Shown here: positions 54,702 through 64,000 of the stretch, piece after piece
Layout of the letters: every line of letters starts with the position of its first letter
Position numbering within the stretch: the first letter of the stretch is position 1
Source: Parcubacteria group bacterium
GTDB taxonomy: Bacteria > Patescibacteriota > Minisyncoccia > Moranbacterales > UBA2206
Direction: 5' to 3'
Length of the DNA stretch: 64,000 bases
Assembly (NCBI GenBank): GCA_041661275.1
Contig: JBAZUU010000001.1
Location: 165,057 to 229,056 of the forward strand
Translations under genes and position numbers: made by a program
Notes under the pieces: model-generated
Databases searched by the model: none
What the model was told of the DNA's origin: nothing
Seen by the model: only the letters and a program-made list of their open reading frames with translations

Positions 54702-56228
54702 CTATTCAGTCTTGAAACGGTACTGTATCGCTTCCGCGATATTATTGGCTTCTATAGTATCATTTTCAGACAAATCAGCAATAGTCCGGGCGACTTTAAT
54801 GATGCGGTAATATGATCGGGCGGAGAGATGTAGGTTGGAAACGGCCACGCGCATGAGATCAAGACATGGCTGGTCGAGGGCACAGAATTTTTTTATCTCC
54901 TCGCTTCCCATTTCGCTGTTGGTAATTGTGGAAGATTCTAAAAATCTTTCTTTTTGAATTTTCCGCGCTTTTTCCACCCGATCACGGATAGTTTTCGAGT
55001 TTTCACCGGTGGCGTCTTCGGATAATTTTTCAAATTTTATTCTCGGTACTTCTACGTGGAGATCGATGCGATCAAGAATCGGTCCGGAAATCTTTCTTTG
55101 ATAGCGGATGATATTGGCGGGACTGCAAGAGCAGGCCTTTTGCGGGTCAGTGGCGTTGCCGCAAGGGCAAGGATTCATAGCGGCTACGAGCGTGAAACGG
55201 GCTGGAAATTCCAGTGTTCCCTGGGCTCGCGAAACTGTTATAAGCCCGTCTTCCAGGGGTTGCCGCAAATTTTCGAGGACTGATCTGGAAAATTCCGGAA
55301 ATTCGTCTAAAAATAGTATTCCCCGGTGAGCCAAGCTGATTTCTCCCGGTCGCGGATATGTTCCGCCACCAACAAGCGAAACGGCGGAAGCGCTATGATG
55401 AGGTGAGCGGAATTGCCGTTGGGTCATAAGCGCGGTTTCGCGAGGCAATTTTCCGGCGACCGAATAAATTTTCGTTATTTCTAACGATTCATCTATGGTA
55501 AGGCGCGGCAAAATGGAAGGCAAGGTTTTGGCGAGCATCGTTTTTCCCGATCCTGGCGGACCATTGAGAATGGCATTGTGTCCGCCGGCAGCAGCAATTT
55601 CAAGGGCACGTTTCGCGTGCTCTTGTCCGCGGATGAATTTCATATCAAGTGCAATTTCTTCATTTTGGAACAAATTATCCAGATCTATCGGAGTCATTGG
55701 TCTGATCTTGTTCTCGCTAGTTAGATGCGCGATAACTTGGTTCAAATTTTCACAAGGGATGACATTTAATTCATTAATAATAGTTGCTTCATTGGCATTT
55801 TCACGGGGAACAAAAAATTCAGTGATGCCTTTTTCCTTTGCGAGGATGGCCATCGGCAACACGCCTTTTATCGGTCGGATCTTTCCATCCAGTGATAATT
55901 CTCCTAGAAACAATCTGTTTTTCCAGTCAAATTCAATTTGAGAGGTGGCGAGAAGAAAAGCCAAGGCTATTGGAAGATCATATATTGGCCCTTCTTTTTT
56001 GAGATCCGCCGGAGCCAGATTGACTGTCACGCGTCCAGCCCGGTGCGGCGGCAGATATTCGCTATTTCTGATAGCCGCGCCGACACGGTCGCGCGATTCT
56101 TTGATGGCCGTGTCAGGTAGTCCTACGATATTAAAAGCGTGAAGCCCGGCGCTGACAGTGTCGGCTTCAACTTCGACCAATTCACTTTTGAGACCGATGG
56201 TTGCGGCCGAAAGGACTTTTGAAGACAT
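54702..56228 (-). CDS. comM: YifB/ComM-family Mg-chelatase-like AAA+ ATPase
   Basis: ILNGPPGSGKTMLAK Walker A and a C-terminal Mg-chelatase ChlI domain. Confidence 0.9.
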   Translation of the reverse strand: MSSKVLSAATIGLKSELVEVEADTVSAGLHAFNIVGLPDTAIKESRDRVGAAIRNSEYLPPHRAGRVTVNLAPADLKKEGPIYDLPIALAFLLATSQIEFDWKNRLFLGELSLDGKIRPIKGVLPMAILAKEKGITEFFVPRENANEATIINELNVIPCENLNQVIAHLTSENKIRPMTPIDLDNLFQNEEIALDMKFIRGQEHAKRALEIAAAGGHNAILNGPPGSGKTMLAKTLPSILPRLTIDESLEITKIYSVAGKLPRETALMTQRQFRSPHHSASAVSLVGGGTYPRPGEISLAHRGILFLDEFPEFSRSVLENLRQPLEDGLITVSRAQGTLEFPARFTLVAAMNPCPCGNATDPQKACSCSPANIIRYQRKISGPILDRIDLHVEVPRIKFEKLSEDATGENSKTIRDRVEKARKIQKERFLESSTITNSEMGSEEIKKFCALDQPCLDLMRVAVSNLHLSARSYYRIIKVARTIADLSENDTIEANNIAEAIQYRFKTE

Positions 56229-56694
56229 AGAAAAATATTAGTATTATAGCTCCTATTGTAATATATATGTCGGCCAAATTGAACACCGGCCAAATTCTTA
56301 GATCTATAAAGTCTATTACACAGCCGAAATATATACGGTCGATTATGTTGGAAATAGCACCGGATATTATTAATGTGAAGCCAGTTTTCAATAACCAATT
56401 TTTCAAATTCCAAATTTTATTTTTGGTTATTGATAATTGAGACTTGAATTTTATTTGGTTTTTGTTTCTTGTATCTTGTTTCTTGAGGAATAAAAAGAAA
56501 AAAAATCCAATGATTATTAAGGTAACGGCAATCCAATATAGTTGAATTCCAAAAGCAACTCCCTTATTGCAAATATAAAATCCGCCTTGCGTGCGGATGA
56601 TATATTTGGAAATTTGATCAATAGCTATTAAGACGAAAAACAATATGATAAATATTTTTTTTCTTTCTTGCATAGCTACTTGCATTCGATACAT
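56182..56694 (-). CDS. lspA: lipoprotein signal peptidase II
   Basis: WPVFNLADIYITIGAIIL and the NxxDR-like region. Confidence 0.7.
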   Translation of the reverse strand: MYRMQVAMQERKKIFIILFFVLIAIDQISKYIIRTQGGFYICNKGVAFGIQLYWIAVTLIIIGFFFFLFLKKQDTRNKNQIKFKSQLSITKNKIWNLKNWLLKTGFTLIISGAISNIIDRIYFGCVIDFIDLRIWPVFNLADIYITIGAIILIFFYVFKSPFGRNHRSQK

Positions 56695-57032
56695 GTTTTG
56701 GCGGCTGGATTGGCGCGCAATCTTTCAATGCTGATGTCCTTTTTACAGTTGGAACATATTCCATAAGTTCCTTTTTCCATTCTGTCCAAAGCGTCGATTA
56801 TCTCCTGCAGTTTTTTCTCCAGAGTATTTTCTACGGGCATATTGCCGCTATATTGATCGACTTCCGTGGCATTATCGTCACGGTCTGACCCAATTTCATC
56901 AAATGTGGTTTCATAATCACCTTCCTTGGCATTGACGGGACGGGCAATTCTAGAGAGATTTTTTTCCAGTTCCTCTTTTTCTTTGAGTAGTTGTGTTTTG
57001 AGTTCTTCTAATGTTTTTTTATCAATAGTCAT
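56676..57032 (-). CDS. DksA/TraR-family C4 zinc-finger protein
   Basis: C-terminal CSNCKKDISIERLRANPAAKTCIEC with four Cys, and an N-terminal coiled coil. Confidence 0.7.
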   Translation of the reverse strand: MTIDKKTLEELKTQLLKEKEELEKNLSRIARPVNAKEGDYETTFDEIGSDRDDNATEVDQYSGNMPVENTLEKKLQEIIDALDRMEKGTYGICSNCKKDISIERLRANPAAKTCIECK

Positions 57033-57198
57033 ACATTTTCGCTCGGGTACATTTTATTTTTTGCGCGAATTGCTCCGAACAAATCATACTAACATTAATG
57101 TGAGCAATTTATGCAAAAAATAAAAAGTACCCTCGCTCAATAATAGAATTTATCTTTCTATTCTTATAGTATCAGACATGAAAGACATTGTCTAATTA

Positions 57199-57576
57199 CT
57201 ACAAATGAGAAATATGCTTTATTTTAGCTGTTTTCTCTCTCAAATCCAACCAAACGGAAATAGCATCAAAACGGTATGGCGCATTTTCCAGATGATGTAA
57301 TCGCAAATACGACCAGGCAATTTTGGCAAGCTTATGTAGTTTGGAACGGGTGATGTTTTCTTCAGGGAGGGTATCGCCGTATTTTTTTATATCCCGTGAT
57401 TTTACTTCTACAAAAACAATCTCGTCTTTTTCTTTGGCGATGATATCGATTTCGCCTAGTCTCCAGCCAGAATTATTTTGGAAATTAAATCCTAAAATCT
57501 CGTAACCTTTGTTTTTAAGATATTTAGCGGCGGCTTTTTCACCGATATCGCCAAACTTTGTTTTTATTGATGTCAT
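57199..57576 (-). CDS. yraN: YraN-family (UPF0102) endonuclease
   Basis: EIDIIAKEKDEIVFVEVKSR is the PD-(D/E)xK-like motif of UPF0102. Confidence 0.7.
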   Translation of the reverse strand: MTSIKTKFGDIGEKAAAKYLKNKGYEILGFNFQNNSGWRLGEIDIIAKEKDEIVFVEVKSRDIKKYGDTLPEENITRSKLHKLAKIAWSYLRLHHLENAPYRFDAISVWLDLREKTAKIKHISHL

Positions 57577-57589
57577 AGTTATATTATAC

Positions 57590-57610
57590 TACGGCAAACA
57601 AAAAACGCCC
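57590..57610 (-). terminator. candidate rho-independent terminator immediately upstream of yraN
   Basis: Minus-strand gccc-augaag-gggc hairpin followed by U6. A TATAAT box lies 7 nt before the yraN ATG. Confidence 0.35.
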
Positions 57611-57881
57611 CTTCATGGGCATCTATATGAAAAACCTACCAGCAGCATAATCTGCCGGCGCCTTCAGCGCCTGTATAATAAATTAATAAAGCGAGAAAGC
57701 GCCAGCCATCCATGTTACACATGTTGGCTTCGAGCTTCATCGCCCCGGGTGGGAGGCAACTTATCTACGTAAGTTTAACATGTAATAGTATCATGGTTAT
57801 TTTCTTGTTTCTGTGACAAGACTCAACTTCTACCGTTCTCTGGTCTGTGACCTTTTTTGAAAGAACGAATACTTGGTGTTT

Positions 57882-58082
57882 ATATTTTTTTTACACTTTG
57901 TATTTTTGTTTTTATTTTTAGGGTCCTCCATCCAGAATAATGAAGGCGGTTCTGTCCCAACGTATAGAGCCAAATTGGTTAGCTGGATGCGATGGGGACA
58001 GAACACTTGAACAGCAGAATGGTTTTCAATGGCAAATAGGGGGAAATTGCCATTGAAAACTATTCCGCCGTACTACTCTTAT
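57882..58082 (+). ncRNA. candidate structured RNA of unknown class in a 720-bp gene-free gap
   Basis: Upstream TTGAAA-17-TTATAT at 57846-57874. Pseudoknot-like interleaved stems catccag/ctggatg and ggttctgtccc/gggacagaac. A perfect 13-bp hairpin ttttcaatggcaa...ttgccattgaaaa at 58013-58049. The ccgta-N9-tacgg hairpin plus T5 at 58059-58082. Confidence 0.2.
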
Positions 58083-58302
58083 ACGGTTTTTAATGTTCTA
58101 CTTGTCTATTATAGCAAAAAAATTGTCGTTAGTCAATGACCGAGCGTTAATTACTCCATTTCCAGCCGCTTTCTTTCAAAAAATCAAATTAACTTTAAAT
58201 TCGGGGGAAATTCGTTAAATTGGAAAGCAATTTTCTTTTTATTTTTTAGGGTGCATTTTCACCAAATTCAACAAGTTATCCACAGTTTATGCATCAATCA
58301 GG

Positions 58303-59427
58303 CTATAAATTCCCGTTTTGCAGGTCTTCCTCCGGAATTCCGTCTATCACATCTTCCACTCCCTGCACCTTTCCATTGGCAGTCAGATAATCAATGATGG
58401 ATCTGGCGGTCATCTTGCTTGTGCCGATAATCAACTTGTCGCGGAAAATAGTATAATCCAATGACATCGTAGGTATGGGGATATTTTTATAGCGAATCTC
58501 TGCTCCCCCATAGTAGCTGGTGGTGAACGGAGTATCATCAGTGTTTACGGAATTACCCAGATAAAGAGAGGTCATATTGGAAATGAGCGAAGTCTCATTT
58601 TTTAAAAGAGCATCTTTTAAATTGATTCCGACTAAATCGTTGGAATCAACAGCAAGGCCGATTCGTGGTTGTTCCTCATCTAAATATATAAAAAGGGAAA
58701 AGGTATCTTTCAGATTGCCAGTTATATCTTTCGGCAGGGACAATCCGGATTTTGAAGCGAAATCCTTAAATAATATCGGATTATTCTGGTTGTCGACGAC
58801 TATGAATTCAACGGGTGTATTCGGCTTCTCATCCGTCACTTCCCTTACATATTTATCAATCGCACTGGCAATGTCTATCTTTTCGGAGCTAGTGTCGACG
58901 TTGAGATAGTTAGGTTTATCCAGAGCCAGAGTGGATTTGGGAGGCGAGACAGTTGTGCTTGTCGGAATTTTTGCAGCACTTTTTTTATTTATCCAGAAAT
59001 AGTATCCTCCGGCTCCCGCGGCAAACAACAAAAATATGACGACTGTTATGAGAATCAATTTTCCCCAGCTTGATGGAGTGTGCGGTGCTGGACCAGCCTT
59101 AATATTTATCTGTTCATTGCTTGGAGCGGAAACAGGCATTGCCACGCTTTCTTTTTTGACATCCTGGCTTAGGAAGGGGCTGGTTCTAAGTCTTGAGTCG
59201 GATCTGGCGGGCGCAGGTGTTATTCTTATAGTTTCTGCCGATACGTCTCCACTATTATTTGAATCACTAAAGTATTGGTTATTATTAATATTTTGCAGAT
59301 CCTTTTTCATCGTGTAAATCGGAATATTTTCTGGTTGAGCTGGTTTTGCGTCGTTAAAAGAAAGTTTGGTATCGACTGAAGAAACCGATTCCGGAGAAGG
59401 TGAATTTTTTTTATCATCATTAAACAT
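58303..59427 (-). CDS. hypothetical membrane-anchored protein (374 aa)
   Basis: Single TM segment LILITVVIFLLFAAGAGGYYFWI after a Ser/Pro-rich N-terminus. Confidence 0.4.
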   Translation of the reverse strand: MFNDDKKNSPSPESVSSVDTKLSFNDAKPAQPENIPIYTMKKDLQNINNNQYFSDSNNSGDVSAETIRITPAPARSDSRLRTSPFLSQDVKKESVAMPVSAPSNEQINIKAGPAPHTPSSWGKLILITVVIFLLFAAGAGGYYFWINKKSAAKIPTSTTVSPPKSTLALDKPNYLNVDTSSEKIDIASAIDKYVREVTDEKPNTPVEFIVVDNQNNPILFKDFASKSGLSLPKDITGNLKDTFSLFIYLDEEQPRIGLAVDSNDLVGINLKDALLKNETSLISNMTSLYLGNSVNTDDTPFTTSYYGGAEIRYKNIPIPTMSLDYTIFRDKLIIGTSKMTARSIIDYLTANGKVQGVEDVIDGIPEEDLQNGNL

Positions 59428-59567
59428 ATTTTTATTTTTTTTACCTTGTTAAATAAATTTTGCTTCGCAAAATTATTTTTCATCCATGAAAAATAATTAA
59501 CAGGGTGAAAATTAAAATAGAAGCGAGTTTCAATCGCTTCTATTTTAACAGATTTTTGAAAAACGCG

Positions 59568-61670
59568 CTATTGAATTTTTGTAACTGCCTTGGCAGAGAG
59601 GTTTATTCTTCCTTGCGAGTCAATTTCTTTGACTTTGACCGGAATGACATCGCCGATTTTCAGAACATCTTCTACTTTTTCAATTCTTCTGTCGGCAATT
59701 TCGGAAATATGGATCAGTCCCTCTTGTCCAGGTAGAATTTCAGCAAAAGCGCCAAAATTCATGATTTTGGTCACTCGAGCATTGAAAATCTCTCCCGCTT
59801 TCACTTCGTGTGTCAGCCCATCGATCCATTTCTTGGCCTTCTCGGCCGATACTGAATCCGGAGAAGTAATGAATACTGAACCATCATCCTCAATATCAAT
59901 CTGTACGCCGGTTTCATCGATGATTTCATTGATAATTTTTCCGCCAGTGCCAATAACATTTCTGATCTTATCGGGATTGATGTGCATAACGATTATTCTT
60001 GGTGCATATTGGGACATCTCAGATCGGGGTTCGGATATGACAGAAGTGATTTTTTCCATGATTTCCAGCCGATTGTCATGAGATTGTTTTAATACAGCTT
60101 CCAACATATCAATAGTCACACCGTCCACTTTTACATCCATCTGCAGTGCGGTGATGCCATCACGCGTTCCAGCCGCTTTAAAATCCATGTCGCCATAGTG
60201 ATCTTCCAACCCTTGAATATCGGTTAAAACCTTGAATTTATCTTTGCCAATAATGATTCCCATGGCAATTCCGGTCACCGGTTTTTTGATCGGTACGCCG
60301 GCATCCATAAGAGAAAGTGTGGAGCCGCATACGGAAGCCATGGAAGAAGATCCGTTGGAAGAAAGGATTTCCGAAACTAAAAGCATAGTATATGGGAAAT
60401 CTTCTTTGGCAGGTAAAACTGGCACCAGCGCTTTTTCAGCCAAAGCCCCGTGTCCGATTTCTCGTCTTCCTGGACCTCTCATTGGCCGTACTTCACCAAC
60501 GGAAAACGGAGGAAAATTATAATGATGCATATATCTTTTTTTCATGTCCACTTCCATTGTGTCGATGATTTGTTCATCGCCAGGCGAACCCAATGTCGTA
60601 ACAGTGAGAGCTTGAGTTTCACCTCTGGTGAAAAGTCCGGTTCCATGAGTTCGAGGAAGAACACCAACGCGGCATTCGATGTGGCGAATTTCATTGAGTT
60701 TTCGTCCGTCCGGTCTTTTTTCTTTTCCTAAAATATTCTCATGGACAATAACATCGGAAACTTCGTCAAAAATAATGTCGGCTACTTCTTTTAGCCTGTC
60801 TTTCTCGTCCGGGTATTTTTCCGAGATTATGGCGTTCATCTTTTCCTTTATTTCAGCCGTTTTTTCTTCAATGACTTTTTTGTCTTTGTCATAAAGAATA
60901 TCGCTCAAATTGTTTTCCAGAAGCATTTTCTTTATTTCTTCCTCAAATTCAGGCGTTCCAGCAACCAAAGTCGCTTCCATTTTTTCTTTTCCTACTTCTT
61001 TTTGGATATCAGAAATAAATCCGGTAATTTTCTTGACGGCTTCTTGAGCAAAAGCGATGGCTTTCACCATTTCCTCTTCCGGAACTTCCTTGGCAGCACA
61101 TTCGATCATATTTATCTTGTCGCTAGTTCCAGCCACGAGCAAATCTATCTTTCCTTCTGATACCTCACCGTTAACTGGGTTGAGAATAAAATCACCATCG
61201 GTTTTTCCCACGCGAACTGCCGCTACTGGTCCAGCCCAAGGAATATTAGAGATAGAAAGGGCAAGTGAAGCGGCAATGATAGCCACAATATCCGGATCAT
61301 TTTCTCCGTCATAAGAAAGGACAGTGAGAACTGCCTGCACATCATTGCGCATCCGATGGTTAAAAAGCGGGCGGATAGTCCGATCAACGGCTCGTCCAGA
61401 AAGGATGGCGTCGTCAGACGGTCGCCCTTCGCGCTTGATAAATCGCGAACCCTTGATTTTTCCAGCGGCATAATATCTTTCTTCAAAATCCACCATGAGG
61501 GGGAAATATCCACTCACGCGCGAAGCTCCCTTGCTCATTGTGGCTGTCGCCAAAACGACCGTGTCACCATAACTAACAGTGACCGCACCATTGGCCTGCC
61601 CGGCGAGAAGTCCTGTTTCAACTTCCAGAATTCGTCCCCCGATCTGGAGGGACCATTTTTTTGATTCCAT
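59568..61670 (-). CDS. pnp: polynucleotide phosphorylase
   Basis: Two RNase PH domains, KH and C-terminal S1 (GEIFNARVTKIMNFGAFAEI). Confidence 0.9.
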   Translation of the reverse strand: MESKKWSLQIGGRILEVETGLLAGQANGAVTVSYGDTVVLATATMSKGASRVSGYFPLMVDFEERYYAAGKIKGSRFIKREGRPSDDAILSGRAVDRTIRPLFNHRMRNDVQAVLTVLSYDGENDPDIVAIIAASLALSISNIPWAGPVAAVRVGKTDGDFILNPVNGEVSEGKIDLLVAGTSDKINMIECAAKEVPEEEMVKAIAFAQEAVKKITGFISDIQKEVGKEKMEATLVAGTPEFEEEIKKMLLENNLSDILYDKDKKVIEEKTAEIKEKMNAIISEKYPDEKDRLKEVADIIFDEVSDVIVHENILGKEKRPDGRKLNEIRHIECRVGVLPRTHGTGLFTRGETQALTVTTLGSPGDEQIIDTMEVDMKKRYMHHYNFPPFSVGEVRPMRGPGRREIGHGALAEKALVPVLPAKEDFPYTMLLVSEILSSNGSSSMASVCGSTLSLMDAGVPIKKPVTGIAMGIIIGKDKFKVLTDIQGLEDHYGDMDFKAAGTRDGITALQMDVKVDGVTIDMLEAVLKQSHDNRLEIMEKITSVISEPRSEMSQYAPRIIVMHINPDKIRNVIGTGGKIINEIIDETGVQIDIEDDGSVFITSPDSVSAEKAKKWIDGLTHEVKAGEIFNARVTKIMNFGAFAEILPGQEGLIHISEIADRRIEKVEDVLKIGDVIPVKVKEIDSQGRINLSAKAVTKIQ

Positions 61671-61873
61671 AAAAGGAATTGTCCTAACTAAAGGCAACCA
61701 GTCGGAACTGGAATGATAAAGAAGAAACGAAGATTTACGAATGGCAGATTACGAGTTCCCTCATAAGCTATAATTCATAAATCATTCTTCTTTCTGGCTT
61801 TAATTAGGTTTTTAATTTACTTCATTAGTGGCTAAAGTTTAACTTAATTTTGGTGGTTTTGTCAATTTTTGGG

Positions 61874-61901
61874 AATAAAAACACCCCGGTTTCCCGGGGC
61901 G
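61874..61901 (-). terminator. rho-independent terminator after the 61917..62366 gene
   Basis: Minus-strand ccccggg-aaa-ccggggu hairpin followed by a U-run. Confidence 0.5.
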
Positions 61902-61916
61902 TCTTGATTATAAACT

Positions 61917-62366
61917 TTATGCTACTGGTTGCACCGGCGGAGCAGAGTTGCCGTTAGAAAAGGCTAGATATCCAGGAATGATAATATTGGCCACAGGAAT
62001 GATCATGAGAACACCCAGCCATTCTGGTTTTCCCAGTTCTTTGGCGATAGCCATCCAGACAATAATCATCATAACAATGTTAACGAGAGGAATAAGAAGA
62101 AGAATTATCCACCAGATTGGTTTTTTGGCGATTTGAAGCATCAAGATACAATTCAAAATCGGAATCCAGGCGAACCAGGCGTTGGGCGTGTTGGTCTTAT
62201 GCGCCATTTTCATAAGGCAAATGGCCATGTAAATGTAAATGATCAGAAAGACTACCAACAAAAAAAGCATTATTCCACCAAAAACAGCTAACCCCAGCCC
62301 AGCCGCTTCCGGAGAAACATTTGTGCTAGTAGAGTAAGAACCATAATTTGCGTAATTTGGATCCAT
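61917..62366 (-). CDS. small polytopic membrane protein (149 aa)
   Basis: 3-4 TM helices with repeated IPILN / IPVAN motifs. Confidence 0.4.
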   Translation of the reverse strand: MDPNYANYGSYSTSTNVSPEAAGLGLAVFGGIMLFLLVVFLIIYIYMAICLMKMAHKTNTPNAWFAWIPILNCILMLQIAKKPIWWIILLLIPLVNIVMMIIVWMAIAKELGKPEWLGVLMIIPVANIIIPGYLAFSNGNSAPPVQPVA

Positions 62367-62399
62367 AGTACACCTACCTTTCTAATTTTATTTTTGTTA

Positions 62400-62897
62400 C
62401 TATATCAAAAACTTCTTTTTGTTTTCGCTCAAATTGACAAAAGAATCAAGCTCCTCAATCAATTTTCCGGAAGTTGATTCTCCAAATGACATTCCTTCAA
62501 CTCGGCAGCCAGTAGTGTTTTGGATATATTCTACGAGCGGGACATAATCTCCGTCGCCAGAAACAAGAATAATGACGTCAAGGCTTTTAGACATTTTCAC
62601 GGCATCAATAGTAATGCCCACATCCCAGTCGCCTTTCTTGGCGCCTCCCGGAAAAATTTGCAGGTCTTTGCTTTTCACTTCATATCCCAATTTTCCGAGA
62701 GCCTCAAAAAATTTCCCTTCTTGTTTATCGATTGTAGCAATGCCGTAAGCAATGGCTCTAATGAGTTTTCTATCTCCAACTGCTTCTTTTAGGATTGCTC
62801 CAAAATTAGCTTTTTTCCCGTAAAGTACTTTGGCGCTGTAATATAGATTTTGAATATCTACCAGCACTCCTACACGTTGTTCTTTGTAAATTGACAT
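62400..62897 (-). CDS. NYN/LabA-like (PIN-fold) domain protein
   Basis: VGVLVDIQNLYYS...ILVSGDGDYVPLV is the NYN motif. Confidence 0.7.
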   Translation of the reverse strand: MSIYKEQRVGVLVDIQNLYYSAKVLYGKKANFGAILKEAVGDRKLIRAIAYGIATIDKQEGKFFEALGKLGYEVKSKDLQIFPGGAKKGDWDVGITIDAVKMSKSLDVIILVSGDGDYVPLVEYIQNTTGCRVEGMSFGESTSGKLIEELDSFVNLSENKKKFLI

Positions 62898-62905
62898 AAA
62901 TTATA

Positions 62906-63175
62906 TTATCCTTTTAGTTCCAGCTTTTTAACCAAGGTCTTATAAGCCTTCTCATTCGTTTTCTTTAAGTAATCCATCAATTTCTTTCTCTTAGAAACCA
63001 TCTTGAGAAGTCCACGTCTGGAATGGAAGTCTTTCTTGTTCTTTTTGAGATGAAGAGTTAGTTTTTTAATTTTCTCTGTAAAAAGAGCCACTTGATACTC
63101 GGGGCTGCCCGTGTCTTTTTCGTGACGTTTCACTTCTTTGGTTACTCTTTCCTTCTGTTTGGCGTTTAGTGCCAT
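62906..63175 (-). CDS. rpsO: 30S ribosomal protein S15
   Basis: MALNAKQKERVTKEVKRHEKDTGSPEYQVALFTEKIKKLTLHLKKNKKDFHSRRGLLKMV matches S15. Conserved rpsO-pnp neighbourhood. Confidence 0.85.
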   Translation of the reverse strand: MALNAKQKERVTKEVKRHEKDTGSPEYQVALFTEKIKKLTLHLKKNKKDFHSRRGLLKMVSKRKKLMDYLKKTNEKAYKTLVKKLELKG

Positions 63176-63323
63176 AGTTTTTTCGGCAAAACATAAGTTG
63201 GGAATCCCCACAACTGATGTTTGCTAATAAGTAATTAATATCTAAACTGTACCTTAAATGTGGGTTTTTGGCAAGGAAAATAAAAAAGACGTCCAATTGT
63301 GTCGTCCTTTCTGCGAGCTAGGT

Positions 63324-63545
63324 TTATATATTCAAAAAATCTTCCAGCGTCATATTGGCGTCCCGGATAATTTTGTGAAGCAATCCGGGTTTTATGAATT
63401 TGTGGGTCGGAACTGTCAGCGGCTTAAGCCGTGGATCATTATTTTTGAGTCTGACATGGCTTCCTTTTTGCCTGATAACTATGTATCCTTGCCTTTCTAA
63501 CTTTTTGATAAGTTCTTTTCCAGAAATTACCGGAAGCTTAGGCAT
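63324..63545 (-). CDS. hicA: HicA-family mRNA interferase toxin
   Basis: GKELIKKLERQGYIVIRQKGSHVRLKN is the HicA motif. Confidence 0.7.
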   Translation of the reverse strand: MPKLPVISGKELIKKLERQGYIVIRQKGSHVRLKNNDPRLKPLTVPTHKFIKPGLLHKIIRDANMTLEDFLNI

Positions 63546-63783
63546 AGTTGTTTTTAAGAGTAATTAGATGAAGGCTAATTTCTTTGGTTTTGGCAGTTTT
63601 ATTTTCATCCTCCAAGTCCATCAGGCAAAGTTCAGTAGCTTCTCTTATATTTTCTAAAGCCTTCTCGACAGTGTCTCCTTGACTGTAGCAACCTTCAAAA
63701 GCGGGATTGGTTACCACGTACCCGCCAGTTTCGTCTTGCTCCAAAATGACTGGAAAAACTTGTTCTTTATGATTAAATTTCAT
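63538..63783 (-). CDS. hicB: HicB-family antitoxin
   Basis: FPVILEQDETGGYVVTNPAFEGCYSQGDTVEKALENIREA is the HicB/UPF0150 fold. Overlaps hicA by 8 bp. Confidence 0.65.
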   Translation of the reverse strand: MKFNHKEQVFPVILEQDETGGYVVTNPAFEGCYSQGDTVEKALENIREATELCLMDLEDENKTAKTKEISLHLITLKNNYA

Positions 63784-63882
63784 ATTTTTGGCTTCATTCT
63801 TTATACCATTACGATAGCATAAATATTCCAAAAATGCAAACAAAAAGGCGAGCGGTATTGATATACGCACTCGCCCTCGACC

Positions 63883-64000
63883 TTACGGTCGCCATAGGAT
63901 GGCCTTACCATTGGGAATTAATCCGAAAATTATTTCAGAAAGGTCTGTATTGGGACTTTGAACCAATAATTTTTCCAATCTTCTTAAAATTCCACAAGGG
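63883..64000 (-). CDS. C-terminal end of a gene running off the right edge
   Basis: Minus-strand open frame ...LEKLLVQSPNTDLSEIIFGLIPNGKAILWRP ending at the TAA at 63883-63885. Confidence 0.2.
   Translation of the reverse strand, partial: PCGILRRLEKLLVQSPNTDLSEIIFGLIPNGKAILWRP

Noticed and set aside
57880-58160. Possible tmRNA (ssrA). A minus-strand stretch reads ...ACTAACGACAATTTTTTTGCTATAATAGACAAGTAG, resembling an ANDN... tag start.
   Set aside because: No frame gives a tag ending in the usual hydrophobic A/L/V-A-A. No GGGG...TTCGAC 5' end or GGTTCGAATCC...CCA 3' tRNA-like end was found on either strand.
58268-58276. Perfect DnaA box TTATCCACA at the 3' end of the 58303..59427 gene.
   Set aside because: It is a single isolated 9-mer far from dnaA and is expected by chance. 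The oriC assignment rests on the clustered boxes at 17427-17460.
57577-58302. RNase P RNA (rnpB) in the gene-free gap.
   Set aside because: The universally conserved P4 elements GGAAAGUCCGG and ACAGAA.CCGGCUUA are absent on both strands. Only ACAGAACAC occurs.
1-64000. CRISPR arrays, rRNA or tRNA genes.
   Set aside because: No direct-repeat/spacer arrays and no tRNA cloverleaf or rRNA signatures were found by eye. The repeats present are palindromic MITE-like or intercistronic elements.

Overview
This is a low-GC (about 35%), gene-dense bacterial window whose gene content suggests a small-genome Candidate Phyla Radiation (Patescibacteria)-type organism. Several genes end at a TGA stop codon, so the standard genetic code 11 applies (not the UGA=Gly code of SR1/Gracilibacteria). 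The window contains the chromosomal replication origin: dnaN and dnaA on the minus strand face rpmH-rnpA-yidC-jag on the plus strand, with DnaA boxes in the 315-bp gap upstream of dnaA. Other housekeeping genes are yebC-ruvC, PBP1A-uppP, ksgA, comM, lspA, dksA-like, yraN, pnp, rpsO, and a surface-glycan block (Wzx-like flippase, two GT2 glycosyltransferases, two Wzy_C proteins). Accessory content is rich. It includes two paralogous TrmB-like regulators with near-identical consensus promoters and operators. There are two diverged HepT/MntA pairs in inverted orientation flanking a small cargo, an AbiEi/AbiEii pair, two tandem small-protein+AbiEii-like nucleotidyltransferase modules, and HicAB. 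A 7TM + ATP-grasp/retropepsin + ATP-grasp module and a compositionally anomalous polyamine island (saccharopine-DH-like, agmatinase, deoxyhypusine-synthase-like) are also present. A roughly 19-kb minus-strand type IV secretion-like locus carries a split VirB4, VirB3-like and VirB6-like proteins, two T4SS-pilin-like proteins fused to cell-wall hydrolase domains (CHAP, SLT), PD40 propeller proteins and large surface proteins. Three repeat families stand out. The first is a 135-160 bp MITE-like palindromic element in five copies, one inserted in-frame inside ksgA and one sitting between the two halves of virB4. The second is a 51-54 bp multi-hairpin element with one intergenic copy and one in-frame copy inside uppP. 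The third is a locus-specific 96-161 bp palindromic intercistronic element at three consecutive gene junctions of the T4SS operon, each overlapping the upstream TGA stop. A 720-bp gene-free gap holds a candidate structured RNA that I could not classify.
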